DNA of 64,000 nt from the human T2T-CHM13v2.0 reference genome, Homo sapiens: the NCBI RefSeq assembly GCF_009914755.1, contig NC_060947.1; one strand, written 5' to 3'. Shown in pieces: positions 15,906 to 34,720 of the stretch (the first letter of the stretch is position 1; the number at the start of each line of letters is the position of its first letter). Position numbers and translations under genes: made by a program. A model generated the notes under the pieces. That model was not told where the DNA came from. It did no database searches and was given only the letters and a program-made list of their open reading frames with translations.

Positions 15906-16403
15906 TAATTTGTGAAATTTCTAATGAAATATTATGTATAATTAGGAAGTCTTTGGGACTTAACTGGAATTTGTTAGCCTGGAGAGAGACAATTTTTAAA
16001 AAAGTATCTCCCATTTATCGAGTGCTTCCTATATGACAGGCAATATGCTAAGCATTTTATATGAATCAATTAATATATTACTAATACCTATGTCAACAGA
16101 TTACTAATACAGTATTATGTATTATTACAACACCCCTAGAAGGTGTTCATTCATTCATTCAATCATTCATTCAACAAATATATAATACATTTCCAGGCCT
16201 TGCCCCAGGTGCTGCGGATGCAGCAATGAAAAAAATGAAGTTCCTAGCTAATAGGGGAAAATGGACAATAAACCCATACACATATAACTGTAGACAATGT
16301 CAGATGCTCAAGAGTGCTACAGAGAACAGTAGAACAGGTAAAGAGATAGGGAATGTGAGCGGGAGAAGGTGTGGGAGGAGATGCTATTCTATATACCATC
16401 TGA

Positions 16404-16708
16404 TTTTTTTTTTTTTTGAGACAGAGTCTTGCTCTGTTGCCCAGGCTGGAGTGCAGTGGCATGATCTTGGCTCACTGCAACCTCTGCCTCCCGGGTTCAA
16501 GTGATTCTCATGCCTTGTGCCTCAGCCTCCCAAGTAGCTGGGATTACAGGCATGCACCACCACGCCTGGCTAATTTTTTGTATTTTTAGTAGAGACAGGG
16601 TTTCGCCATGTTGCCCAGGCTGGTCTCAAACTCCTGAGCTCAGGCAATCCACCTGCCTTGGCCTCCCAAAGTGCTAGGATTAAAGACTTGAGCCACTGCG
16701 CCTGGCCC
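16404..16708 (-). mobile_element. AluS
   Basis: Dimeric Alu with T-tract. Confidence 0.92.
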
Positions 16709-17794
16709 CGTCTCATTTTTTATGGCTGATTCCAAATGCCATGTATATAGCAAAATGAGGATGAGCCCAGGTTCTGAAATTACAGATAACTGGATTTGAC
16801 TCTGCATTGTCCCTCTGACAAGTGACATGACCCCAGACATGTTGTTTCTGAGCCCCAGTTTCCTTATCTGTAAAATAGGGACAGTCACACTTGAGAGGAT
16901 TGTTAGGGGGAGGATGAAATCAAATCACGTTGAAGTAGATGATCCACATAAAGCACGAGGCACAATGCCTGGCACAAAGCAATCACTCTGAATTCATTAT
17001 TTGTCTTGCTCACTAACCCCGTACATGACTATTTAATTTCTTGCAAGATACCATGATAGTGATTGCCACCAGAGAAAAGAATCTATTAAAACAAAACAAA
17101 AAACCAGCTTGGCAATAGAGAAACCACCTACTGGCCACAGAAAGTTGGCCAGGTAACTTATTGAATCTATGCTGTTGCTTCTGTCTAGAAACAAAAATAG
17201 AAGACCCTTGCTACACATGCTCCTCAATAGCATGCATTTATTTATTCATTCGTTCGTTCATTTATTCTGCATGGAATCAATGTGACCGGGAAGAGAAGCC
17301 CTGTTATCAGATGAAGCAGCAGGACCAGAAGTAGATCTAAGCTGTCCAATAAGTTTAGAACTGGATGACGCAGATCTTCAACTCTCTGGGCAGGGTGGGG
17401 GGTTATGGGGGCCAGCAACCCCTCGGGTAGGGTCTATCATGCCTGCATTCTACCCTTTGCTATTTTGGAGGTTTCTTCTCCAGGGGAGGGTCCTCAGCTG
17501 GCTAGTGCTGTCCTGTGGTGGATGGGGCTTAGGAATTAGGTGAGGTTTTGGAGGTCTGATATTGGTATGCCCAACCTTGCTGGGCTCCTTCCCTCTCCTG
17601 GAGAGGTTTCCTTGGGAAATGTATGCCCAAGGGACAACAGCAGGATGTGGATCAAAGTCCACTTTATTAGCTGCTGCACAAGTACCCCAAATCTCAACGT
17701 AGAGCTCTAATGACGGCGTGCGTTGGAGCCTGCAGGAAGTTGGAGGCTTGAGGTCTTAGCAGGACCTATTTTTCCCACCCCTCTGAGATGAGCT

Positions 17795-18310
17795 CATCGG
17801 GCAGGGTCTAGTCAGGAGGCAGAAACCACAGAGTGATTTGAACAGAGAGAATTGAATGTAAAGAACTATAGCAACTGCAGGGAAGTTACCACCCTAGAGT
17901 TGAGAGAACAAAGGGAAAAGGGTGGAATTATTCCGGTTGAGAAACTTGCAAGGAGGGTCCCACAGAACTGAAGCCCAGACCTCTGAGAAGTGGTGCACTC
18001 AGCTGGTGCTGGTATCTCCGGGGCTGCCATGAGACTGGCTTTGCAAGTGCTGGATGAGCTGCAAACTGGATCCGACGACTGTTACCTGGGGTGAAGAGCA
18101 GTTGCTAGGTTACACTGTCAGGAACAGGAAGCAGACAGGAAGGAGTGTGTCCCTAGTCCCTCCCTCCAGCCTTGCAGTCTGCCTTTCCCACCCCTATTGG
18201 CAGAGCCTCACAGGGGGCAACTGACAAAGCTGAAATGGGGTCTGCAAAGTCCCAGCCTCAGCACCACTGTGCTGACTAGGGAAGGGTGGGGTTAGAGTTG
18301 AGACCTGATA
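17795..18310. mobile_element. Old MaLR (MLT1-like) LTR fragment
   Basis: cagggtctagtcaggaggcagaaaccac start and agctgaaatggggtctgca...cccagcctcagca end resemble MLT1 LTRs; subfamily not resolved. Confidence 0.5.
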
Positions 18311-18693
18311 GCTTAATAAGTGGCATGTGTGCTCGGGTACAGGCGTATGAGCATAGGCAGAGATGGCTGCTTCCCAAGCTGGGGTGGGGTGGGGCAGTTC
18401 CGTTTCCTGACTTTGGAGTAGAAGAGGAAGTAGAAGACAGAGGGGACCATAGGTGTTTATAAACTTCCTATGCCACAGTTTACACCCCTCCCAGTGGAAC
18501 CCAGTGAACGTATTGTGTGCTATATACAAAACAGCAGCTCCTCCCTTGGAGAGTGGGGTGGGGATGGAAGCTAGGCAGAGATGGGAGGGGGCCTAGCTTG
18601 CCTCTTTCTCCGCATCAGGGAGGAGAAGTGGCAGTAGATGTCAGGTGTCCAGCTAGTGCCAGCCACTTAGTAGGCATTCAAGAAATGGTGAAT

Positions 18694-18974
18694 GGCCAGG
18701 CGCAGTGGCTCACACCTGTAATCCCAGCATTTTGGGAGGCTGAGGCGGGTGGATCATGAGGTCAGGAGTTCAAGACCAGCCTGGCCAATATGGTGAAACC
18801 TTGTCTCTACAGAAAATACAAAAATTAGCTGGGCGTGGTGGTGGGCGCCTGTAGTCCCAGCTACTGGGGAGGCTGAGGCAGAGAATTGCTTGAATCCAGG
18901 AGGCGGAGGTTGCAGTGAGCCGAGATCGTGGCTCTGCACTCCAGCCTGGGCTACAGACGAGACTCTGACTCAAA

Positions 18975-19017
<43 letters not shown>

Positions 19018-19018
19018 A
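18694..19018 (+). mobile_element. AluS with (TAAA)n tail
   Basis: Dimeric Alu; tail converted to a tetranucleotide repeat at 18972-19018. Confidence 0.93.
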
Positions 19019-19284
19019 TGGCGGCCATTATTATTCAAAGGAAGGAAAGGTACACATAGGTTAGGGAATGAAGTAACTGACTGGAGTGGAAAGAGCCAGA
19101 GGACCTGAGTTCATACTAAATAAGTGACTTGGAGCAAGAGACTCGCCTTTCTGAACTCAAAATTTCCTTATGTGTAACATGGAGATGATGATGCTTGTGG
19201 GGACCAAATGTCTTGTAATAGACCCTTAACATATGATAGTTATTTTGTTCTATTATTACAGAAATAGTAATAAGCTCAGTTATT

Positions 19285-19586
19285 TCTTTTTTTTTTTTAA
19301 TCGAAATGGAGTCTTGCTCTGTCTCCCAGGCTGGAGTGCAGTGGCGGTGATCTTGGCTCACTGCAACCTCCGTCTCCTAGGTTCAAGTGATCCTCCCACC
19401 TCAGCCTCCCAAGTAGCTGGGATTACAAGCGTGTACCACCGTGCCCAGCTAATTTTTGTATTTTTAGTAAAGGTGGGGTTTCACCATGTTAGCCAGTCTG
19501 GTCTCAAACTCCTGACCTCAAGTGTTCTGCCCACCTCGGCCTCCCAAAGTGTTGGGATTACAGGCGTGAGCCATCGCACTTGGCCA
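19285..19586 (-). mobile_element. AluS
   Basis: Dimeric Alu, inverted relative to 18694-19018. Confidence 0.92.
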
Positions 19587-20077
19587 AGCTTGTTTATTTG
19601 TTATTGATGTTGCTAATACCAAATAGAAGAGACTTCAGTGATCATTTATTCTACAACATCATTGTGCAGATGAAGAAGCAGAGGCACAGAAAAGATCAAT
19701 AGCTCTATGGAGGTTAAGAGCTTGGGCTATGGAGTCAGTCAGACCAGGGTTCGAATCCTCACTGTCTATTTCCACTTACCAGCTAAGTGAGCTTTAGTGA
19801 GTTCCTCAGTCTCTGTCAGCTTCGCAGTGTTGTGAGGACTGCAGGACTAATCAATGCATGGTCCTTTGTAAGTGCCTAGGAAGTGGCACTGGAAAGGTAC
19901 CATTGTGCTTGTGAGTATGAGAACCCCTGAGGCCAGAGGGTGATTCATCATGATAGCGACTGTCCCACAGAACAGGCCTTTCAGGTGACCCTAGAGCCTC
20001 CATCATGGTATTGTGAGAACACTTCAGATTTCAGCCATGCCACTGCCAATTATTTGCTTTGCAAGGTTGAAGATGTG

Positions 20078-21217
20078 TGTAGGGAAAATCTTTTTCCCCT
20101 AACCATTTTTTTTCTCCACTCTCACACCACAGCAATCATCAACACAGAAGACTTCTGTGACCAAATGTGTGGGGACTTTTCTGCACACACCAAGCAGCAG
20201 ATACCAGCTGGGTGTCCTCTAATTCAGATTCTGACATTATCTACCCAGAGATAGTGTCAGATCCCACAGGTTGAGGGCTCAGTCCCCAAGACTGCCTACC
20301 CACCCCACCCCAACACCAGTTGCAAGTTAAGACCTCCAGAACTTCTGACTGACCAGCTTCAAGTTGGGGGTTCCCATGACCCCCTCTTTGGGTTCCATTA
20401 TTTTACTAGAGCAGCTCACAAAACTCAGGGAAACACTTCCTTACATTTACTGGTTTGTTATAAAGGGTATTACAAAGGAAACAGATAAAGAGATGCATAG
20501 GGCGAGGCAAGGGGGAAGGGGCAGGCCACCCTCCCAGAACCTCCACTGTTTCGCTATCCGGAAGCTCACTGAACCCGGTTCTCTTGGGTTTTTATGAAGG
20601 CTTCAAGACAACAGCATTTCTTCCCCTAGGGCATAGAGCCTTAAGCCCATAATGAGAAAGTCAGGGGAAGATTAGAGCCTTGGGGCAGGTGAAAGGAGGA
20701 CAGGAGGTCAGAGGCTGCCCCTGAGGCCTAACATACCCGACATCACAACAAAAGACTGTATCAGGGCCATGGATGAAAACCTCTCTCTCTCTCTGTCTCT
20801 CTCTCTCTCTCGCTCTCTCTCTCTCTCTATATATATATCTTGTATTAGTTTGTTTTCACACTGCTGATAAAGACATAACCGAGACTGGGTAATTTATAAA
20901 GAAAAAGAAGTTTAATGGACTTATGGTTCCACATGGCTGGGGAGGCCTCACAATCATGGTGGAAGGGAAAAGGTACGTCTTACATGGTGGCAGACAAGAA
21001 AGAATGAGCGCCAAGTGAAAGGGGAAACCCCTTATAAAACTATCAGATCTCATGAGACTTATTCACTACCACCAGAACAGTATGGGGGAAACCGCCCCCA
21101 TGATCAGTTACCTCCCACCAGGTCCCTCCCACAACACGTGGGAATTTTGGGGGCTACAATTCAAGATGAGATTTGGGTGGGGACACAGCCAAATCATTTG
21201 TATATTATAACACCACA
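20078..21217. mobile_element. MER21-like ERV LTR interrupted by a (CT)n(TA)n tract and a THE1 LTR
   Basis: agaagacttctgtgaccaaatgtgtgggg and gtgtcagatcccacaggttgagggctcagtccccaagactgcc match the recalled MER21 consensus; TG...CA ends. Confidence 0.75.
20841..21200 (-). mobile_element. THE1 (MaLR) solo LTR
   Basis: tgtattagtttgttttcacactgctgataaagacata...gatgagatttgggtggggacacagccaaa, ~360 bp. Confidence 0.9.
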
Positions 21218-22804
21218 ACATGTCACTCTATTTCTTCTTCCTGTGGTTTTTCCCTATAAAGCTCATGATACGTGATGTTGGGTCTATTTCCTGGGGTTTT
21301 CTGAAACCTGAATAATGGAAAGAGTCCCTGGAACCCAAGAGCCTTGGGGAAGCTAATAAATTAACCTTGCGAGACGACCAGGTCCTGGGATATTCTGTGT
21401 ACTGCAGCAGTACTAAACCAGAGGATGCTGAGACTGGGGGCTGGACCCCTGCTTTCAGAACTCACATCATTCCTGTTATAGTCAACTCTTATTTTTTATG
21501 CACCAACTGGGAAAAACGATAGCATGAATAAAAGGAGCCAGCTGGTGTTGATTGCTCTTCACTCTAAAACTCGAGGAGGCATAAGAGACTGTATTTTAAA
21601 TCTCATTACCTCTTACCTGATTTCTTTCTTCAATATGATGAAACTACAAGGTGGCTCAAAGGCTACCTTCCCCAGAAGAGAGACAGTCTGCCTAGATAGT
21701 CCACAAACAAGACAATACTTCCAGTTGCCATTTACTTAGCATGTGCTTTTTACCAGGCATTGGGCTAAACTCTTCCCCTTGTAACATCTCATTTCATCCT
21801 CATAGAAACTCTGTGAGGGAGGGGGTGTGTTTCTTTATCCACCTGCATTTTATCAATCGAATCTCAGGTGCAGAAGGTGGTGTGAATCATACGTTTCCAT
21901 CAGCTCATTGAACATTATCATCATTGGTCTGTGCAAGACCCCTTCTTATGTTAATTAGTTTATTCCCTTCTCTTCATGTACCCCACGCTCATTCACTCCC
22001 CTATAAATAACCGGTCCATTATGTGTTGTGTGCATCTTTCCCTTTGTATATGTTCTTATGAAATGTGGTTTTGTATCTATATAGTTCTATTGATTAAAGT
22101 AGTATTTCATTCTGTCTCTGACTTTTTAATAACCATTCCAATGGAAGTACTATGTTTTTAAGACCTACTGGTTAGGTTGCTATGGGTTTATTTAATCTAT
22201 TGCTTCCAGTTGTGTTGTGCTACTCCGTGGTGTGCACCCACCAAAGATACAGATTCTCTTTCCTAGTGATAGGCAGCCAGGCCTATTTGTATCAAACTTC
22301 CTATTGCCACAAAGAAGCAATTGCATCCCCATATGTCTCCTTGATGGACTGTGTGAGAATTGCCTTTGGGGTACGTAGTGAAGAATGGAATTGCTACTTC
22401 ATAGGGTATACATAGATTCATAGATTTACTATGCTTAAGCCATGCCAAAGGTAGGTGCTGTTATTATTCCTATTTTACAGATGAGGAAACTGAGGTTTTG
22501 AGAGTTTTAATAACTTACCCAAAGTAACATAGACGGTAATTAGCAGAGCTAGGATTCAAGTTCAGGCAGTCTTACTCCAAAACTTCTGTTCCTAATGGCT
22601 GTGCCATCATTATTCTCTGAGTGTTTGAGACATGAGGACATTTTATAAAAAACATAAAAGTCAATCTCATTGTTTGGTGTTTTAATATTCTTAGAACCTA
22701 GGAATCCAGGTGGACTGCTTTTTTTTTCCACTGAAGCACCTACTTCTCCTAACAGGTGCATAGTAACTGTTTTTCTTTGACTTTCATATTCTGTGGGTCT
22801 GCAG

Positions 22805-22932
22805 CACTGAGAGCTGCGTTGATCATCCAGAACTGGTACCGAGGTTACAAAGCTCGACTGAAGGCCAGACAACACTATGCCCTCACCATCTTCCAGTCCA
22901 TCGAATATGCTGATGAACAAGGCCAAATGCAG
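22805..22932 (+). CDS. PPEF1: PPEF1 coding exon 2 (SLRAALIIQNWYRGYKARLKARQHYALTIFQSIEYADEQGQMQ); IQ calmodulin-binding motif
   Basis: Acceptor ctgcag at 22804, donor CAG|gtctgt; 128 nt; peptide visible in ORF 22756..22971; IQxxxRGxxxR pattern. Confidence 0.96.
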
Positions 22933-23309
22933 GTCTGTTTTGCAAGCTTTTCTCTTCTTTTGATAAAATGATTCTCTTTACCCCTTGTTATTGAAAGAAT
23001 GAAAGTTTGGGTCCATTTTAAGCTGAGGAAGCTTGGTGAAAGGCTTTAATAGAGCATGTCATGACATTGTCTTGGAACTAGTTATTGAGAGAGAGTGTGC
23101 TTTGGGAAAAGGATGGTGTTTTTCCGTTTTGAAGTTCACATTTTTAAGAGGGCTGCCCAACATCTGGTTAACTAATAAAAATAGTCTTATTCTATTTTGG
23201 GGCAGATGCCTTAATAGGAAATAAAGTTGTCATTTTATAAAAGAAAAAAATACTTCAAGGGGTTAAAAAATGGCAGAATTTCCTAGCAACAAACCTCTGC
23301 AAGCTCTAG

Positions 23310-23663
<354 letters not shown>

Positions 23664-24214
23664 TAAATCTAGTTTTAATGCTTATTAATTTTAAAAAAGT
23701 ACTTTTAACAATAAACAGATCTTAGAAAGATCTCTAATATAGTTGCTAATGAAAAAATCAACTTTTAAAACAATATGTAGAGTTTATCTCATTTATGTGA
23801 AAGAACATGAAACATACAGCAAAAGTCTGGAAAAAGATACACAGGAAATTGTTTACAGTAGTTAGTTCTGAGGACAGGAATGGTATTGGTGGGTGTGGGT
23901 TGGGATGTTAAGAGGGACTTCTCATTTTTATTTGAAATTATTTGTAGTTTTTAGCAATCATATATCTGTGTATCACATTATAATATTTAAAGATAATTAA
24001 GAACATTCCAAAAAGAACTAAGTTGCTAGATTTATTTTTGGCAGCTAGAAAAATGATATACTGTGATTCAGTCAGATGCTCCCTTTGTCTAGATTAGGAA
24101 CCTCAGCATAGGCTGTCTTTCTAAGCACTGTAGAATATAGTGATAAATATACAGGTAGAGTGAATCCCAAATTGGTATGCTTTAGACACATTCCAGCACC
24201 AGTACATTATTTTC

Positions 24215-25205
<991 letters not shown>

Positions 25206-25544
25206 ATTGACTGTTAATGGACAAACCCATCATCAACAGCATTAAAATCATACATTTTGATAACTGTATGGAAAGTCTTCCTTCTCTCAATTCCCAACTC
25301 CCAGATCTACTCCCAGATTGATAAAGTGTTTACTTTTCATGAGAGGCAGGGCTTGAAAAAGAAATTATTTGTGCTGTACAAATGCAGGTCTTTGCAGATA
25401 CCTGGTGGCCATAGAGCCAGTACCCTGATTGTGGCTGGAAAGCTGGTGAAGTTCCACCTTTCCCTTCCTTTCTTTCCAAAATATATTTGATATTTAAGAA
25501 TATTCCTTAACTCTTAATTTCACCACCAAAAAGAAAAGAGATCA

Positions 25545-25846
<302 letters not shown>

Positions 25847-25877
25847 GAGATCATAATGAACAAAATTTGGTAGCTGT

Positions 25878-26320
25878 CTTACGTTGGATTTCCTAGAAGC
25901 AGAGGCTGAGACAGGGATTCTGGTACAAGTGACTTATTGAGGGTGTGTTTTCAGGGAAAGCCTGTAAGGGAGTGAGGAATGCGAGACAGGACAGGGGAGA
26001 AGCTAGGCCAAGATGTACTTTTTGAAGTCTGACCTCAGCCTGATCCCATCTGGAGCTGTCAAGTGTGAAATGCACTACAGTTTGTCCCTGGCAGAGGCAA
26101 GGGAGGTGGGGGACTGGGCTGTTACACCCTTGCTTCAGCCAGTCGTTGTCTCTGGGCAGCCCCACAGGAGGGGCGTTCATGTGTTACCCTGTGTTGCTCT
26201 GGATGCAGGCAGTCCTCTGGAGGCAGGCATAGAAGTGACCCTTAGCACCTGCAGCAGCTGAGATACAAATGCCCCACAAGAGTAAGGGCACTCGGGTGGA
26301 ACACCAACAGCATTTGTCAC
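25878..26320. mobile_element. Old LTR fragment (MLT1/LTR16-like) just upstream of exon 3
   Basis: tagaagcagaggctgagacagggattc...caagtgacttattgagg motif. Confidence 0.5.
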
Positions 26321-26371
26321 AGTAGCTGTTTGGGGTTCACTAATTGATTAATTTTTTTTTATTTTGTCCAG

Positions 26372-26432
26372 TTATCCACCTTCTTTTCCTTCATGTTGGA
26401 AAACTACACACATATACATAAGGAAGAGCTAG
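26372..26432 (+). CDS. PPEF1: PPEF1 coding exon 3 (LSTFFSFMLENYTHIHKEEL + 1 nt)
   Basis: T-rich tract ending tgtccag; donor G|gtaagt; 61 nt; in frame with exons 2 and 4. Confidence 0.95.
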
Positions 26433-26969
26433 GTAAGTAAAAAGCTTAGTCTTTTCAAATGTGTCATTAAATATTGAATTGTCTTCATCAAGAGCGGTAA
26501 ATTCTGAAGATGGGAGAACACTATGAAATTAAAAAGATGCCTACCTCTTTTGTTTATGTGACACCCAACAACTGGCAACATCAGTTCAAGTGGCCTTTTT
26601 CCCTCTCTGGATGGTGTCAACTAAATCAATCATTTAACTTTTTCACTTTTCCAAAAGCTGAATTAGAATTCATTCAATATTCATTTGTTGAATGCCTTTT
26701 CTGAACTACAATCTATCGGTACACAACAGTAGCTTAGTAAAGGGAACCTTATTTATTATTATTATTATTATACTTTAAGTTCTAGGGTACATGTGATCAA
26801 CGTGCAGGTTTGTTACTTATGTATACATGTGCCATGTTGGTGTGCTGCACCCATTAACTCATCATTTACATTAGGTGTACTCCTAATGCTATCCCTCCCC
26901 CCTCCCCCAACCCCATAACAGGCCCCAGTGTGTGATGTTCCCCACCCTGTGTCCAAGTGTTCTCATTGT

Positions 26970-30789
<3,820 letters not shown>

Positions 30790-30852
30790 TATGATGTTAG
30801 CTGGTTATTTTTCTCGTTAGTTGATGCAGTTTCTTCCTAGCCACGATGGTCT

Positions 30853-31879
30853 TTACAATTTGGCATGTTTTTGCAGTGGCTGGTACCAGTTGTTCCTTTC
30901 CATGTTTAGTGCTTCCTTCAGGAGCTCTTGTAAGGCAGGCCTGGTGGTGACAAAATCTCTCAGCATTTGCTTGTCTTTAAAGGATTTTGTTTCTCCTTCA
31001 CTTACGAAGCTTAGTTTGGCTGGATATGAAATTCTGGGTTGAAAATTCTTTTCTTTAAGAATGTTGAATATTGGCTCCCACCCTCTTCTGGCTTGTAGAG
31101 TTTCTGCCGAGAGATCCGCTGTTAGTCTGATAGGCTTCCCTTTGTGGGTAACCCGACCTTTCTCTCTGGCTGCCCTTAACATTTTTTCCTTCATTTCCAA
31201 CTTTGGTGAATCTGACAATTATGTGTCTTGGAGTTGTTCTTCTCGAGGAGTATCTTTGTGGCATTCTCTGTATTTCCTGAATCTGAATGTTGGCCTGCCT
31301 TGCTAGATTGGGGAAGTTCTCCTGGATAATATCCTGAAGAGTGTTTTCCAACTTGGTTCCATTCTCCCAGTCACTTTCAGGTACACCAATCAGATGCAGA
31401 TTTAGTCTTTTCACATAGTCCCATATTTCTTGGAGGCTTTGTTCATTTCTTATTACTCTTTTTTCTCTAAACTTCTCTTCTCGCTTCATTTCATTCATTT
31501 GATCTTCAATCACTGATACCCTTTCTTCCACTTGATCAAATCAGCTACTGAAGCTTGTGCATGCGTCATGTAATTCTCGTGCCGTGGTTTTCAGCTCCAT
31601 CAGGTCATTTAAGGTCTTCTCTACGCTGTTTATTCTAGTTAGCCATTCGTCTAATCTTTTTTCAAGGTTTTTAACTTCTTTGCGATGGGTTCGAACATCC
31701 TCCTTTAGCTCGGAGAAGTTTGTTATTACCGATCATCCGAGGCCTACGGCTGTCAACTCATCAAAGTCCTTCTCTGTCCAGCTTTGTTCCATTGCTGGCG
31801 AGGAGCTGCGTTCCTTTGGAGGAGAAGAGGCACTCTGAGTTTTAGAATTTTCAGCTTTTCTGCTCTGGTTTCTCCGCAT
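30853..31879 (-). pseudogene. L1 ORF1 (RNA-binding protein), frameshifted
   Basis: ORF1p peptides split between ORFs 31055..31531 and 30853..31218 (YPAKLSF, ALNMERNN). Confidence 0.92.
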
Positions 31880-32454
31880 CTTTGTGGTTTTATCTGCCTT
31901 TGGTCTTTGATGATGGTGACCTACAAATGGGGTTTTGGTGTGGATGTCCTTTCTGTTTGTTAGTTTTCCTTCTAACAGTCAGGACCCTCAGCTGCAGGTC
32001 TGTTGGAATTTGCTGGAGGTCCACTCCAGACCCTGTTTGCCTGAGTATCACCAGCAGAGGCTTCAGAACAGCAAATATTGCAGAACGGCAAATGTTGCTG
32101 CCTGATCCTTTCTCTGGAAACTTCGTCTCAGAGGGGTACCTGGCTGTATGAGGTGTCATTCGGCCCCTCCTGGGAGTTGTCTCCCAGTTAGGCTACTCGG
32201 GGGTCAGGGACCCACTTGAGGAGGCAGTCTGTCCGTTGTCAGATCTCATACTCTGTGCTGGGAGAACCACTACTCTCTTCAAAGCTGTCAGACAGGGATG
32301 TTTAAGTCTGCAGAAGTTTCTGCTGCCTTTTGTTCAGCTATGCCCTGCCCCCAGAGGTGGCGTCTATAGAGGCAGGCAGGCCTCCTTGAGCTGCAATGGG
32401 CTCCACCCAGTTCAAGCTTCCCGGCTGCTTTGTTTACCTACTCAAGCCTCAGCA

Positions 32455-32637
32455 ATGGTGGATGCCCCTCCCCCACCCTTGCTGCTGCCTTGCAGTTCAA
32501 TCTTGGACTGCTGTGCTAGCAGTGAGCGAGGCTCCGTGGGCGTGGGACCCTCCAAGCCAGGTGTGGGATATAATCTCCTAGTGTGCCATTTGCTAAGACC
32601 ATTGGAAAAGTGCAGTATTAGAGTGGGAGTGTCCTGA
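32455..32637 (+). CDS. L1 antisense ORF0 homologue (60 aa, MVDAPPPPLLLPCSSILDCCASSERGSVGVGPSKPGVGYNLLVCHLLRPLEKCSIRVGVS); translation unproven
   Basis: ATG in gcaATGG context in the L1 5' UTR antisense strand; similar to recalled ORF0p (MAGAPPPASLPPCSLISDCCASN...); donors at +106 and +191. Confidence 0.6.
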   Translation: MVDAPPPPLLLPCSSILDCCASSERGSVGVGPSKPGVGYNLLVCHLLRPLEKCSIRVGVS

Positions 32638-33035
32638 TTTTCCAGGTACCATCTGTCACGGCTTCCCTTGGCTAGGAAAGGGAATTCCCCGACCCCTTGC
32701 CCTTCCTGGGTGAGGCGATGCCCAGCCCTGCTTCTGCTCACACTCCGTGGGCTGCACCCACTGTCCAATAAGCCCGAGTGAGATGAACCCGGTGCCTCAG
32801 TTGGAAATACAGAAATCACCTGTCTTCTGCGTCGCTGACGCTGGGAGCTGTAGACTGGAGCTGTTCCTATTCGGCCATCTTGGAACCAAGATCAAGGGAA
32901 CTTCATTTTTCATCCACAAAACTTTTTTGCTGAGAGATCAAAATATTTTGAGTATTTCATGCAGCAGATCTAGGGGAAAATGGCAAATTAAACACAGTTG
33001 GCCCCGTTGTGTCTGTTTTCTGTCCTCTCTCTCTC

Positions 33036-33332
33036 TCTTTTTTTTTTTTTTGAGACAGAGTCTCGCTCTGTTTCCCAGGCTGCAGTGCAGTGGCACGGTC
33101 TCGGCTCACTGCAACCTCTGCCTCCCGGATTCAGGTGATTCTCCTGCCTCAGCCTCCTGAGTGTCTGGGATTACAGGTGCTTGCTACCACACCCAGCTAA
33201 TTTTTTGTATTTTTAGTAGAGACAGGGTTTGAGAATGTTGACCAGGTTGGTCTTGAACCCCTGACCTCGTGATCTGCCTGCCTCAGTCTCCCAAAGTGCT
33301 GGGATTACAGGCATGAGCCACTGCACCCGGCC
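33036..33332 (-). mobile_element. AluS
   Basis: Dimeric Alu with T-tract. Confidence 0.92.
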
Positions 33333-34395
33333 TCTCTTCTCTTTGATCTGTCTGTCTGTCTACCTATCATCTAGTCATTCTGAAGCAGAGGCAGGCAATG
33401 GAGGTGTAGTTCAAAAATGATTTTAAAATTATAATTTTTTACAACCATGTATTTCTCCTGCAAATTAAGATCTGCCTGTTATTATCTCCAAGACAGATGC
33501 CAGACTTAAACGCTCATTTTGCTTTAATTTGGGCCAACCATTTTTTTTTTTTTTTTTTTTTTGCTCTCATTAAAATGTGTATGGCATCTAGGAGCATCTT
33601 TTAAATAATCTGGTAAATACCCTTCAAAGTGAAGTGGTAAAAGAATGGTGTTTTAATGGGCATGATTTAAGCTAAGTGCATATGTATGAAACTAATTAAA
33701 GCATTTAATGATCTGTAGAAGCCTTCTGAATGGTGAAATAGCCAAACCTAAGGAATGGGGAGTGGGTGGAAGTGGGTACTTTGCCATTTTTTCTTTTAGA
33801 TAACTGCAATTCGAAGACAGTTGTTTATGCTTCATATTCCTTGGCAAAAATGTTTTTGAGAGGAAATATGATAATGATAAAATGAAACAGCACTTTCTGC
33901 TAATGACCTAATACTTCAACCCAGGCTCACTTCATCAGAATCACTTACGGAGTTTCAGAGCCACAGGTGGCTGGGTTCCAGCCCGGAGATGTCTACTCAG
34001 ACTGTGTTGTCATTGTTGTTGTTTTAATCTGCATTTTAAAAAATTCCGTAGGTGATTTTAAAATATAAGAAAAATATTTTTATTAAAGAAGGGGACAGTG
34101 GTTTAATCTTCTTATAGAAGCTTTTTTGGAAGTATACATTACAGGAAGGTATACAAATTATATGACTCAGTACATTTTCTCAAAGTAAACACACCCATGT
34201 AACTGGCACCTGGAACAAGAAATAAAACATGATCAGGGCCACATAAGTTTCCCATCCTGCCTTCTTGTACTGCTACCCAACCCCCACACAATCACATAAC
34301 TACTTTCTTGACTTCTACACCCTAGATTAGTCTTTGAACTTCTTTATATAGATGGAAGCATGTGGTATATACCCATTTGAGTCTGGCTGCTGCTT

Positions 34396-34720
<325 letters not shown>

